NCBI GenBank assembly: GCA_965112155.1 | Contig: OZ218100.1 | Source: Podarcis liolepis | Taxonomy: Eukaryota | Direction: 5' to 3' (one strand) | DNA: 64,000 nt | In this document: in pieces, positions 38,851 through 51,500 of the stretch | Numbering within the stretch: the stretch's first letter is position 1 | How the letters are laid out: the number at the start of each line of letters is the position of its first letter | Notes under the pieces: model-generated | What the model saw: only the letters and a program-made list of their open reading frames with translations | Told to the model about the DNA's origin: nothing | Databases searched by the model: none | Translations under genes and position numbers: made by a program

Positions 38851-39454
38851 TAGGGCTGGGCGATAACTGTTTTCCAACAAAGTCATATACTGCCAGCTAG
38901 GCACCACAACATGGCGGTATATCACAATGTCGGAAAGGAGCCCATGTCAAAGCAGTGGCGGACAAGGCAGGCCCATCCACTGCCTTGGCACGAGCGGGGT
39001 GGGGAAGTGGCCTGCTTCTCCCGCTCGCACCTCCCACCACCCGTCCCAAGGCGATGGCAACTGAGGCAGTATCTGCTGTTGCCTTGAGATGGGCAAGGGG
39101 GAATGGCGAATCTCAGCTGGCAGATGGGCAGGCGGGCTTCTTTGAGCCTTCTCGCCCCCCACCTGAGCAAGGCCCGCATCCCACTGGTGCGTGTGTCTGC
39201 CAGAGGACAGGGGGCTTGTTGAAGCAGAGGGAGGAATAAGCTGTATCACACCTCACCGAAGCATCTTGTTTCTCCCTCTGCAGCAATATGAAGGCAGATC
39301 GTAGTTTGTTTCTCTCTCAGCCCACTGGGCGCTGGAGGTAGAGGGACTCAGGAGGAGGTGGTTTCACCAGCGATATACCACTGTTTGAAGCTGTCATCGC
39401 AATCTGCGCCTAATACCGGTCCTGGGCAATATATGGATATATTGGCCAGGCTTA
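38851..39454. mobile_element. Non-autonomous hAT element, ~600 bp
   Basis: tagggctgggcgata ... tattggccaggctta degenerate TIRs; 8-bp TSD gttaagat/gttacaat (6 of 8 match); GC-rich interior. Confidence 0.7.
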
Positions 39455-41544
39455 GTTACAATGTCTATCAAAGTGGAATTGGCAAAATGCAAAGCATAGG
39501 CACAGGACAGTTTCCTGCTGGTGATGGAAAGATGCTGCATTGGTTTGCATTGAGAGATTTTTGGGCAATGATCAGACATGGTAGATAAAACTCCGCCCCC
39601 CTCCATACCCCGTTTATGGATACCCAGGAGTTTCTTCCATAGAAAAGACAGTGAATAATAAACAGGCTTCTAAAAACTTGCTGACATGTCCAGAAGGAGG
39701 CCATAACACTTCTACTAATGAAGTCCCCAGGAATCACTGCTCTATGAAACTGCCTTCTTAAGCTCCTTTTTACCTAGGAGTCTGGAAAATCTGTTTCCAG
39801 TACTGCAGTCTCATGCTGACCTGGTTACAATGTGGAATTCAATTCTCCCTATAAAAGGGTAAACAACTGGAACACTGGCAAGGGTCGTGATAATGTTGAA
39901 AGCAAGCCATGCTGTAACAATTGGCTCCCGTGCTTCTGGCAGAGCCAACGAGGGAAGGCTTCTTAGAATACGAGTAAAGGCACTTTGCTTGGATCCAAGG
40001 GCAGGAGACCTATGACGATCACTAGGCATGGTTGACAAACATGGCGCAAATTAATCTTGGCTAGGAATGCAGCAGCAGATGGTTCGCTGCTTAAGTGAAT
40101 TGTACTTGCTTTCGTTTAGGATTCTTGACAGCAGCTTCGCAACGTAACATCACCAGTGTTGGAAGTAATTTGTGACATTTGTGTATAGTCAGATGTTCTA
40201 GAAATACGGAGTACATGCCTCGTTTACTCATTGAAGGCCTGAAGGATAGAAGATGCCTTTTGTGTCTGGAAGATGCAACCTGCAAGAGCTGAGCTGATGC
40301 AACATTTGCCTTTCAGTGGGTTAACTTTAACTATTGCTTAACACGCCTGCCCCCCCCCCCATCAGTACATTTTCAACATAAACATTCCCGGTGCAAATTA
40401 GTATGAAATATGATAATGATCTAATTCTTTTAGGTTTATTGTGCTTTGTCTAGAAGGACATTGGCTACTGATGGCAATGAGCTGAAACCTAACACTTTGG
40501 GCTTTTTCCTCCATTTGTGGGATGTGGCCACCTCTCTTTGAAAGTCAGTGTAAGATGTTCTGAACTACTTTTCTGGTGTTTCTAACAGTTTGGGAAATGT
40601 GATAGTTTGTGCCTTGCGGCTCTTGTCTTCCTAATCACAAATTAACACATTGGATGTACTGTTCTAAAATGAAGGTTTTCAGTTAGTACCTTCAGCAAAA
40701 TGTCTCATCTTTATTTCCATGCTCTCCCGATGAGGAATGAATTAACTGGGGTATGCAAGGTGAAAACGGACCACTTTTGCCTTGCATGCTTCAGACATTG
40801 CTGGGAGATAGAGCTGCACCTAATAATGGTTCACTTTTGTTCATGATACTGCAGACTGGTAAAAGACCAAAGATCAAGTTCAGGAAGGTCAGGGCCGCTC
40901 CAGACCTTGCAAATTTCTACCCTCTGAGTACTTCTGCAACCTTATCCTCATTTCCTCCTCTGTGCACAGTCTTGAATCATAGTCATGCGGAGCAGCACTT
41001 TCTTCATACGGTGTTCCAGGGCTTATATTGCCTAAAAGGCTCAAATTATTATTTAGAAAGTTTATTCCCAGATGCTTGTGGGCTGGTATGGTTACTCAAC
41101 AGAAAGGAGAAGGCATTCTGCACATAATCAGAGGCATTTTTCATTATGTTGCATTTCTTGGAGCTGAGCTATGTGTTTCCAAAGCAGATGAGGCAAAGCG
41201 CTGAGCCTGAACTAAAATTAAACATTGCTTTCAGCATGAACTTAATTGTGCTTGCAATCTTTCATCTACCAATAACCGTAGCTAATTGCATGCAACAGAA
41301 GTGGCCCTGAGCTGCTATTGTGAAATAAGCCCCACATAAATTGTGCATGCCCATAACGATGTACAGAACTGCTCATCAAGTGTTCTTCTTGATACTATTT
41401 TTTAAAACATAAAATTCTTACATTTTCTTTCTAATACTGTAGTTACATCTTGGTGTTGCTGTAAAAATATATCTATGTTTAATGTCCCCAATGTATCGGG
41501 TGCTAGGGGAGGGGTAGAAACTCTCTTGGGACTTGCTCCTTCTG

Positions 41545-42330
41545 AGGTAGTTTGTCCATCTTTAGTCCCCACTCTGCACTCAGCTCTCACCTGTGCCTCC
41601 TAGTAGCTGCCAGCATACAACAGCAGCCACACCCTGAGAAACAGGCTTTGATTGACCAGCTAAACCAGGGGAGGCTAGCCAATGGGTCTCAAACCCTTGG
41701 TGAGTTAGGGACTTCTTCTGCATGTGAAGATAGGCTCTGATGGATTGAATGGACGAGACCAATAGTGGGTTCAACAGTCAAGAAGGCTGGTACTGCATGT
41801 GCTGTAGAGGGAAATATGGGACAGGTATACACCTGGGAAGGTAGCCCATCTAAGAGAAGGAAAACTCTGGTCCTAAATCTCTGCTGCCTATACTCATTCG
41901 TGAGAAAGGCTTTGGGAGTAAACCTGAAAAATCCACACCTGCTGCCTTGCGGGACATCTTAGCCCTTGAAAGGGCTAAGGAGTAAACCCCAAACAAATCT
42001 GGAGTTGAGTCCCTAAGATGGTTGGATGGCTCCTTCCGGCAACTCATGCAACCAAGCTGGTGCCTAATTGCTCTGCTTTCCTCTGGACTAGATCAGTGAG
42101 GCTGAGAGGAGGGTCTTGTCATCTGGGCAACCCAGGACCTCCATGCACACAGCCCAGACTTGTGCCCCGAGGAGGTCACTATGGCACTGCCAACGCAGCA
42201 AAAACAGCTCAGGAGGCAGCAGTTGCACGTTACCAGTCTCTGCAGGCACTGTGATTCTCCAGTGGTTTGACTTCATCCCCAGAGACACACTCCATTGACT
42301 CTTGAGACAGACAAATGCCAGCAAACACCA
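41545..42330 (+). mobile_element. RTE-clade non-autonomous retroelement (5' UTR-like part joined to a 3' end)
   Basis: cagctctcacctgtg, agaaggaaaactctg, ggagtaaacc and a 3' end gagacagacaaatgccagcaa resemble squamate RTE elements from memory; no long ORF. Confidence 0.6.
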
Positions 42331-42502
42331 CAGCTGATTAATATAACAACCCAGGAAACTCTTGAGCCTCCTCACTACTTCTCACTCGGGTCCATGTTAC
42401 CTAAGGGATCACCTTGCCCCATATATCCCTGTTTGGCAACTGTGCTCCTCAGATGAGGAACTGCTGGGAGTACCGCATGTCCCAGAGGGTACTTAAGCTG
42501 TA

Positions 42503-42742
42503 CAGTGGTACCTCTAGTTACGAACTTAATTTGTTCCAGAGGTCTGTTCTTAACCTGAAACTGTTCTTAACTAGAGGTGTGCTTTCGCTAATGGGGCCTC
42601 TTGCTGCCGCTGTGCCCCTGGCACACGATTTCCGTTCTTATCCTGGGGCAAGTTTTCAACTTGAGGTAACTCTTTGAGGTTAGCGGAGTTTTTAACCTGA
42701 AGCGTTTGTAACCTGAGGAGTTTGTAACTCGAGGTACCACTG
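42503..42742. mobile_element. MITE family A copy 3 (opposite orientation, more diverged)
   Basis: TA|cagtggtacctc ... gaggtaccactg|TA; interior is the reverse complement of copies 1, 2 and 4. Confidence 0.88.
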
Positions 42743-42801
42743 TACTAGAAACAAGGCTTTTCGAATTGCAGATCCATCCAGCTTTCTGAGGTTTTCTCTG
42801 A

Positions 42802-43079
42802 GGTGTGGTGTAGTGGTTAAGAGCGGTAGTCTCGTAATCTGGGGAACCGGGTTCGCGTCTCCGCTCCTCCACATGCAGCTGCTGGGTGACCTTGGGCCAG
42901 TCACACTTCTTTGAAGTCTCTCAGCCCCACTCACCTCACAGAGTGTTTGTTGCGGGGGAGGAAGGGAAAGGAGAATGTTAGCTGCTTTGAGACTCCTTAA
43001 AGGGGGTGAAAGGCGGGATATCAAACCCAAACTCCTCTTCTTCTTCTTCTTCTTCTTCTTCTTCTTCTTCTTCTTCTTC
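42802..43079 (+). mobile_element. tRNA/CORE SINE with L2-type 3' end and (TTC)n tail (Squam3-like)
   Basis: A box tggtgtagtggtt, B-box-like ggttcgcgtctcc, CORE gctgggtgaccttgggccagtcac, agctgctttgagactcc, (TTC)n at 43037-43079. Confidence 0.82.
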
Positions 43080-43249
43080 CCAGTCATTTATGGAATATCA
43101 ACTGTGCACCTGTAGAAATTGTTTTATTGTTTTTACAGTTTGTAGGAATGGTTTTAATTGTCATTTTAACTGGTACAATACTTTGATGACTTTAGGTTGT
43201 GAAGCCATTTATAAATTTGTAAAATAAAAAATAATAAAAAAATCAAATA

Positions 43250-43475
43250 CAGTGGTACCTCGGATTACATATGCGTCAGGTTACACACTCCCCTAACCCA
43301 GAAATATTACCTCGGGTTAAGAACTTTGCGTCAGGATGAGAACAGAAATTGTGCCGTGGCGACGCAGCGGCAGCAGGAGGCCCCATTAGCTAAAGTGGTG
43401 CTTCAGGTTAAGAACAGTTTCAGGTGAAGAACAGACCTCTGGAACAAATTAAGTACTTAACGCGAGGTACCACTG
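43250..43475. mobile_element. MITE family A copy 4
   Basis: TIRs cagtggtacctcg / cgaggtaccactg; TA TSD. Confidence 0.92.
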
Positions 43476-43902
43476 TATTTAATGACTATTGTATTTCTGA
43501 AAGTCATACTGAAGTGTAGCCTTCCATTGTAGTCTCTGAAGTGACAAAATGGGTGATTTGCTTCCAGGTGTCTGATTGTTGGAGTTAACTTGCAAATAAA
43601 CTTACACCAGTTTCAGTTGCAAATGTATGCCGTCAGTTCATTTGTGTATATTGATTTATTCATCTGTAGAAGGCAAATGCTTTAGCGGATTAGCAGTGGT
43701 CCCTGTGGGCCTTTACTAAGGCTGCTTCAACTGCCTAAAAATGATATATACTGTTCCATGACAAGCTGACTCTTTTTCTACTGGAAATACATTGGTGGAT
43801 GTGTTGATATTGTAGCATGAAAAATCTAGGAAGTCTAAAGCAAATGAAAAGTACATTTTGTTGAAACAGGTAGCTGTGAAAATACAGGTAACTCACAACT
43901 TA

Positions 43903-44247
43903 AAAGGACCCCTGATCATTAGGTCCAGTCGTGGCCGACTCTGGGGTTGTGGCGTTCATCTCGCTTTATTGGCCGAGGGAGCCAGTGTACAGCTTCCGGG
44001 TCATGTGGCCAGCGTGAGTAAGCCGCTTCTGGTGAACCAGAACAGAGCACAGAAACGCCGTTTACCTTCCCGCTGGAGTGGTACCTATTTATCTACTTGC
44101 ACTTTGACGTGCTTTCGAACTGCTAGGTTGGCAGGAGCAGGGACTGAGCAACGGGAGCTCACCCCGTCGCGGGGATTCGAACCACCGACCTTTTGATCAG
44201 CAAGTCCTAGGCTCTGTGGTTCAACCCACAGTGCCACCCGCATCTCC
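43903..44247 (-). mobile_element. Sauria SINE, full length
   Basis: Consensus match; 13-bp TSD aactcacaactta (43890-43902, 44248-44260). Confidence 0.93.
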
Positions 44248-46559
44248 AACTCACAACTTACATGCATTTAACTTGTGAAACTTGTGAAAAGGGAGTGTGA
44301 GGTTCCAGGAAAACTGACTTTGGCAATCCCACCTGCTATTGAATCCAATGTGTTTTGACTGTATGAACCTTTATCACAAGGACAAATTACAAAGTGAGGA
44401 ATATGCAGCAAGCAAGAGAGAATGTCATGTTTGAAGTACTGACTTCCAAAGCAGTGACCTGGCTGAATAAATGCAGTATTCAATTCAACCATTTCTATTC
44501 CATCCCTTTACTTAAACAGCCACCAGTCCCTGGCCCCCTTTCTGACATTAGCATGTACTTCTGATTACTGGGAGCAGGGCATATCTACAGTGTGCCATGC
44601 TTGGGAGCTTCCCACTGATAGTGGGGTGGAGGCCAGTGAGGGAAGAAGGGACCCTTTGTCTGAGTCAGCAAGACAATCCTCATAACATTGTGGTTGTAGC
44701 TAAAGGGTTTTATTTGGAGAGAGAGGCACTGTTGCCTGCTTTACAATTCCTAAGCAATATTGCCTACTCTTTAATAGGAATATTTGTAATTCATATTGCT
44801 GCAGTAGTATTTATAATTCAAATACCTCTTGCTATAATCTCTCTCCATTCAGAAGGTATACATCCTATCTTACAGGTATATTAGCAGCCGGACAGGGGAA
44901 GGCTTTCTGGCCTTGGTGTTTACACAGCTGGACAAACAGCATATTCAAATCTGTGTTTTGGGGGAAAGCTGTGCAAATGTAGCTTTTAATTTCCAGCTTT
45001 TAAAAATGTACTGCTTTACATATGAGAGGCAGAACATCTTTTCCTCTGCAGATCTTCACTCAAATTTCCAAGTATGTCTGGGCATTCAGAACCACATATT
45101 AATTTTAATACATGAGTTGCGTGGATGCCGTGCATTTTGATGTAGACACCATTTGCCCTCATCCCAGATGTGAACAGCTGTTGAAGGAAGTGTATTGTGC
45201 ATGACTTCAAAGGGACTTGCTACTTTACTTCCTCCTCTCCCACCTGTCAGAAGGGCACTTCTTAAGTTTTACTGAGCTCTGGCGAGCTATACTGGACCAG
45301 TCCGTATAAAATGGAAGAACTTGAGTTCTTTCGTCCCAACCCAGATTGTAACATCCCTTTGTTTTGTCTATACACAATGCATGCCAAAGATGCTTTCGAA
45401 TCTAAGTACATCCTCAAAACGTCCCCCCCCCAAAAACAACAACACTGATCACATTTTTCTAGGGACGGGTGGCAACCCTCACCCCTTGTTGTGAGCTCCA
45501 CACTAGCAGAACTTGTACTTCTGAAATCCCAACAATATGTTTTCTGCTTCTGTTAACACTGGAGCTACAGTATGACCCCCATCGTTCCACTTACTACACA
45601 TTTGGAAAGAGAAGTTGGGTACACCGCAACAAGTGCATTGTCTGTCACGCTGTGCCCACAAGTCATACTCCTAAGCTTAAATTCATGTGATCAGGCAGCT
45701 AATGCCCTGCAGGGCTTTTGTAATCTCTTGCTGATCTCTATAGAGAGCTAACTTGTTTGAGGGACTCCTCCTGTTCAGGCTAGCTAGCTTGACTGAGGAC
45801 AATGTAATGGAAAAATGTAGAAACGGGGCCTGCCTGGACGTCATGCGGTAGCTTAGCAACCGGTCACTGCACAGAACTTCTTAATAGGCAAGTTTGCCTG
45901 TCAGTTTTTGCACAGGCCTGATGGTGCGATTTCGTGTCCCCCCTCGAAAGATGCCGGAGAACAGGGAAATACCAGGGCTTCCTGATGTCGCTGTGGCTAG
46001 CTCTGTGCCAGCAGAGGATCACTTTACAAGCTATGCCAAGAATCAAGCAAAGCAGAAAATGTTCAACAGCCGATTGTTGGTGCAGGGGTTAAGCCTCTTT
46101 AAAGAAACAACAACCGGCAGTAGCATTTCCTGTTGCTAGCTTAACAATGCAGATGAAGAGTTGTTTAAATTGTTTTGTAGTAAATCTCCAGTAACAGGAA
46201 GCTGGAAACAATTGGGGAGTTCAGTAGTTTGTGACTTTCTATTTTTGTAAAAACAGACATCTCCACATACAATGCTTTGACCGTAACTGCAGAGTTGCTT
46301 GCATTTGACATCCATCTCTAGCTCCCTTTTGAAAGAAAGAGTGTAGAATTCAGATTCCTTTCATTCTGATTTTCTAGTGGATAAAGTGCTTTGGTTACCC
46401 TTAGCCTCACAAAAATGAGAGATTACGATGAGACAGTGACTAGTGAGCAGAACATCTTTTTCCCACATCCAAACTTGATGCTGTGTCCATTACACCATGC
46501 AACCCATCCCATTCTTATCCTGCTACCATAATCCATACACAATATAGTGTCCAGTGAAA

Positions 46560-47134
46560 TATAGTGTCCAGATCAAGGGACATAATAGTCCTGTTCTATT
46601 CTGCCTTGGTCAGACCACACCTGGAGTACTGTGGCCAGTTGTGGACACCACAATTTAAGAAGGATGTTGAGAAGCTAGAACATGTGCAAAGAAGGGTAAC
46701 CAAGATGACCAAAGGTCTGGAAACCAAGCCTTATGAGCAACAGTTGAGGGGGTTATATTAAGCCTGGATAAGAGGAGACTGAGAGGAGATATGATAGCCA
46801 TCTTCAAATATCGAAAGGTCTGCCACATGGAAGGCGGAGCAAGCTTGTCTTCTTCTGCTCTGGAGGGTAGGACTCAAACCAATGGTGCTCCAGTGAGTAG
46901 GACTCGAGTCAATGGATTCATGTTACAAGAAAAGAGATTCCTACTCAACATCAGGAAGAACTTTCTGTTGGTAAGAGCTGTTTGATGGTGGAACAGTCCC
47001 CCTCAGATAGTGGTGGACTCTCCTTCCTTGGAGGTTTTTAAGCTGAGGTTGGATGGCCACCTGTTTTAGTTGAGATTGCAGAAGTTGGGTGAGATGGCCC
47101 TTGGGGTCCCTTCCAACTCTACAGTTTTATGATT
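46560..47134 (+). mobile_element. CR1 LINE 3' fragment (decayed ORF2 C-terminus plus 3' UTR)
   Basis: [30 protein letters not shown] and RF.LNIRKNFL in the ORF track; ends ggtcccttccaactctacagttttatgatt. Confidence 0.93.
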
Positions 47135-49068
47135 CAGTAATAACTGAGCAGTCATATGCTGGAGTTTCCAAAATATGAGGGCATAATGCAGACAGGAGGT
47201 TTTCTGTAAGAAGCTAAGCCCTAAGGCTGTATCCTTTTGATAATCATCTTCCTCCATATGTCTTCACAAATGTACAGCCTTAGTATGATAGAAAGGAATT
47301 GCTCCACTACTTGGAAACTGCCATGTCACTATAAGCAGACATATTGATCTCTTTCCATTTGCCCAAGTTACGCTGCATCAGGTTGGCAGATTACATATGG
47401 AAGCATTACAAAGTTTTAAGAACTCCCCACAAATAGAAAATAACATAGCAGGAAAGAGGCTCAGATGGGCCTTTCCTCCTCGTGAGCTGTCTTTCAGCTT
47501 TTAATTAGGTGAATTTATTATCATTATTAATAGTGATTAGATGGGGGAACATTAAGAAATTTATCCGGCTACCTGCTGCATGTTTAAATTGAGCAAAAAA
47601 TGGAAGTGAGGCTCAGATGTTCTGTTGTGCTTTTGATGTATTAGTCTATTGGGAGAACTGTGTTCACATTTTGTTCAGCCATAAAGCTCTCTTGGTAGGT
47701 TTGGGCACTGTTTCTCAGCAATAACCTACCTCACAGGGTTGCTGAGATGATAAAATGGGAAAATTCCATGTTACTTTCCTTAAACTCTGTAGCGGAAGGC
47801 CCAGATACTAATGGATAAATAAATAACAATGGGCACACCCTACACAGAATAATAGATTGTGCAAGAATGGTTCCTGGACTGTTATCTCAGCATTGTTTTG
47901 CGACTCTGCAGGCATCTGCACGTCTTTTGAATGCTTTTCTATTATTAATGCTAAAACATTCCACTTTCCTGTTTCCAGTGACTGTTTCCTCTTTAGGTTA
48001 GAGAATAATTTCTTTACCACATCTAATGGGTCGGCATAAGATCTACTAAAGCTGAAAAATGTACTCTTATCCCCCTTGTAAATGCCTTGGGGGAGATCCT
48101 GAATATACAAAAGTGTAAATGATTTCCTTGTTTCAAGTTTACAACATGAACAGCTTCATATTTTTAAAACTACAATTTCCTGTTGTATGCAAAAACATTT
48201 AGTCGTCCCCCCCCCAATATTTTGGGTAGATATTTGATATATGATGACTCCCCAGAAGTCTTGATTAAGACTCCAGAAATCAAATCAAATTGCTTTGTGC
48301 TGAGAATTTCTGAACATGATTTGTTTACTTTCAAGAGCTGGATGACTCAAAGGGGCAAAGTAAAGGCAGCTTTCCTTGTTATGGATTTACCATACAACCA
48401 TACTGCGTGCCTGCACCTAGGTGTTTCATAATTAGCTGTGGTTTCTCAGCTTACCATCCATGTCGATATACATGGGAGCTACTGCTGATACGACTTGAGT
48501 ATAATTTGTTGGTGGTTGTGATGTGCTCCTAGACCTAGCGTTACATCTGGATGCTCAAATGGCATCTGTTGCCAGGACTGTCTTTAGCTAGCTTTGGTTT
48601 GCCAGCTCTGTCTTCTCCTACAGTACAGGTGGAAAATATAGGGGCTTTCATGTTGTTGTACTGCGACTCCCATCGTCCCTGACCATTGGCCATGTTGGCT
48701 GAGGCTGATGGGGGTTGTAGTCTGACAACATCTGGAGAGCACCATGTTGACTACCCTTGTCCTAAGATGGTCTGACCACAATTATACATCAACTGGACAA
48801 CTGGCTATAAATGTGGCGTCCTGGCTGTTGGCCAGGACTAACTTCTACATTCACTTCATTCCAGTCCCAAAGGAATTTTATTGGGTGTCACTTAGCTTTT
48901 CAGCCACAATATAAGGTACTGGTTCTGATACATTAAGCCCTAAAAATATAGGATGAAGTTAACCCAAGGAGTGCGCAGAAATGAGAGCACCATACCTGAG
49001 TCCCACCTGTAAAGAAGTTTGTGGTTTTGAACCAGGCCAAAAGATGGGATATAAACTGATGAATAATA

Positions 49069-49501
49069 CAGTGGTGCCTCGCAAGACGAAATTAATTCGT
49101 TCCGCAAGTTTTTTCTTCTTGCGAGTTTTTCGTCTTGCGAAGCACGGTTTCCCATAGGAATGCATTGAAAATCAATTAATGCGTTCCTATGGAAACCGCT
49201 TGCCAGGCTGACGGTGCGGAGAAGGGCTTTTCTCCCCACCGCCAGCCTTCGGAGGAGCCTTCCGAAGGCTAGCGCGGGGAGAAGGGCTTTCCGCCCCACC
49301 GCCAGCCTTCGGAGGAGGTCCAAGGACAGTGGGGAAGACGCGCTGCGCTTCCCCGCTGTCCCGGAGATTTCCCTATGGGCTTTCGTCTTGCGAAGGAAGC
49401 CCATAGGGAAATTCGTTTTGCGAAGCGCCTCCAAAATGGAAAACCCTTTCGTCTAGCGGGTTTTCCGTCTTGCGAGGCGTTCGTCTTGCGGGGCACCACT
49501 G
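49069..49501. mobile_element. Tc1/mariner-pogo (Tigger-like) MITE, family B, CpG-rich
   Basis: TA|cagtggtgcctcgcaagacgaa ... ttcgtcttgcggggcaccactg|TA; internal repeats ttcgtcttgcga and ccccaccgccagccttcggaggag x2. Confidence 0.92.
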
Positions 49502-49865
49502 TAGCTTCTTTTGTTTTTACTAGAGTTCTGCTATATGTAAGGTTAACTAGAAATATTCCATGCAAGTCATAGTTCTGTCAATTCTCCCATGACAACTTGC
49601 ACCACTTCTGAAACAGAAATGTTTTAACGTCTCCTGTGCTATTGTGATCAACTGAGCAGGAACTTTCTATTACAATACTGGTTCTATTTGTACCACGTTA
49701 TGGGTAGGGTTGCAAGATTTTTGTTCCTCTTTTCTGTACACTAGTGTAAAGCTTGCTAGATCAACTTAGTTTCATACTTGATGGACTGTTCCTAAAGCAG
49801 GGAGTCTGGGAAAGCTTGATAGTGCACAGCCAGTGACAGTTCAGTGCCAAAAGGGACTGATGTAA

Positions 49866-50030
49866 TAGGGTGGAATTCAGCATTGCGTTTTTCCAGTAGT
49901 TCTGTGTGCAAGCATTGCAGCTTGCCAGATGGAATGAGCCCTTCTCCTCTCCCCTGATGTTCTGGGGTTTCTCCTGGCACCCTTTTGAGCCAATTTGGGG
50001 GCACACAGGGAGAGGAGAGAGAGGAAAGCT
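49866..50030. mobile_element. Old interspersed repeat; inverted homolog at about 57225-57465
   Basis: gaattcag..cccttctcctct..ttctggggtt..ccaatttgggggca aligns with the reverse complement of 57260-57460. Confidence 0.6.
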
Positions 50031-50072
50031 TTTAAAAAAAACGTTCATTAGAGTTTGACACTTTGCAACATG

Positions 50073-50545
50073 ACATAGAATCATAGAATTGTAGAGTTGG
50101 AATGGACCCTGAGTGTCATCTAATTCAACTCCTTGCAATGTAGGAATCTCAGCTAGATTATACATGGGGGGGGGGGGAGATTGCGCTATCTTCCATGCGA
50201 CAGCCCTTTAGATATTTGAAGATGCCTATTATGTCTAGATGCAGCCTAGATATGAAGCAGCCTAGAATAGCATTAGTTATTTTTGCTGCTGCATCACAGA
50301 ACCCTGCAGCACCCCTCTTGTCACTTTTTTCCAGGATGACACGGAACCATTAATGAGCACTCTGGGGTTGGTCAGTCAACCAGCTACAAATCCACCTAAC
50401 AGTTATCTTGTCCAGTCCACATTTTACCAGCTTCACAAGAATATCATAGAGGACTTTGTCAAAAGCCTTACTGAAATGAAGATACACTATGTCCACAGCA
50501 TTTCCCTGATCCACCAAGCTTTTAAATCTATCAAAAAAGGAAATA
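50073..50545 (-). mobile_element. Fragmented CR1 LINE
   Basis: catagaatcatagaat tail, agatatttgaagatg and gactttgtcaaaagccttactgaaat internal pieces (reverse DF.KAFDKV motif). Confidence 0.78.
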
Positions 50546-50859
50546 TTGTAGCATGTGGATCATATGATAGGATCAGGGTTGAAAGTTTGGCACTGGACTG
50601 ATTTTGTGTTGCTTTTTTTTTTTAAATCAAGCACGTAAGGTGATCAGCAGAGAGACTTGCTCTGTCTTATGGCCGATGTAGCAGGTGGGACAGAATCAAA
50701 TTTTGTCACCTATGCTTTAATGTCTATAAGAAGCTGCAATAAGAGATTGTCCGTACATTTGAGATTTGATGTAATTAATATAATAAAACCCACCTTTCTG
50801 TTTCTTTTAGCAAAGCAGCTGGCAGCAGCCGTATCTTTTGTGAATTAGTAACTGGAGCT

Positions 50860-51200
50860 TGTGGTTGGATAGATGTGCCTTAACAAGTTTAACTTTAATC
50901 CAGGCAAGATGGAAATGATTATAGTTGTGGCTAGAGATTCTGGAACCATGCAATCTGCTTGCAATAGAAGGTGTGTGTTTGCATTACTCTTATTGTAGCA
51001 GGTATGCAGCTTAAGTGCCCCTTTGAATCCACTGCAGTATTTGGAGAAGTGTGTGACAGCAATGGCCAGGAATTATTTTTCATTATATGTTATATTTAAT
51101 GCATCAGCTGTGTCCCTTTGTGGAGAACCCTGACCTCCACAGCACCTTTGCGACCTCATGGACTATATGAGGACTTCCTTTGAATGTTGGTTTGTAGCTG
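50860..51200 (+). mobile_element. Highly degenerate L2 fragment
   Basis: aacaagtttaactttaatccaggcaagatggaa (decayed NKL.LNP.KTE) and ggccaggaattattttt. Confidence 0.5.
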
Positions 51201-51274
51201 TGGCCAGTAAAGAAGGCTGGCTGGTTTGTTCTGAGAGTATTTGAAAGCAAAAATATATTAGTTTTGTGCTGATG

Positions 51275-51500
51275 CAGTGGTACCTTGGGTTAAGAACTTA
51301 ATTCGTTCCGGAGGTCCATTCTTAACCTGAAACTGTTCTTAACCTGAGGTACCACTTTAGCTAATGGGGCCTCCTGCTGCTGCCGTGCCACCACCGCACG
51401 ATTTCTGTTCTCATCCTGAAGCAAAGTTCTTAACCTGAGGTACAATTTCTTGGTTAGCGGCGTCTGTAACCTGAAGTGTCTGTAACCCGAGGTACCACTG
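51275..51500. mobile_element. MITE family A copy 5 (opposite orientation)
   Basis: cagtggtaccttgggtta ... taacccgaggtaccactg|TA (left TA mutated to TG). Confidence 0.92.

Noticed and set aside
48940-49572. Overlapping ORFs of 65-164 aa
   Set aside because: Lie within a GC-rich MITE with internal repeats; no transposase motifs.
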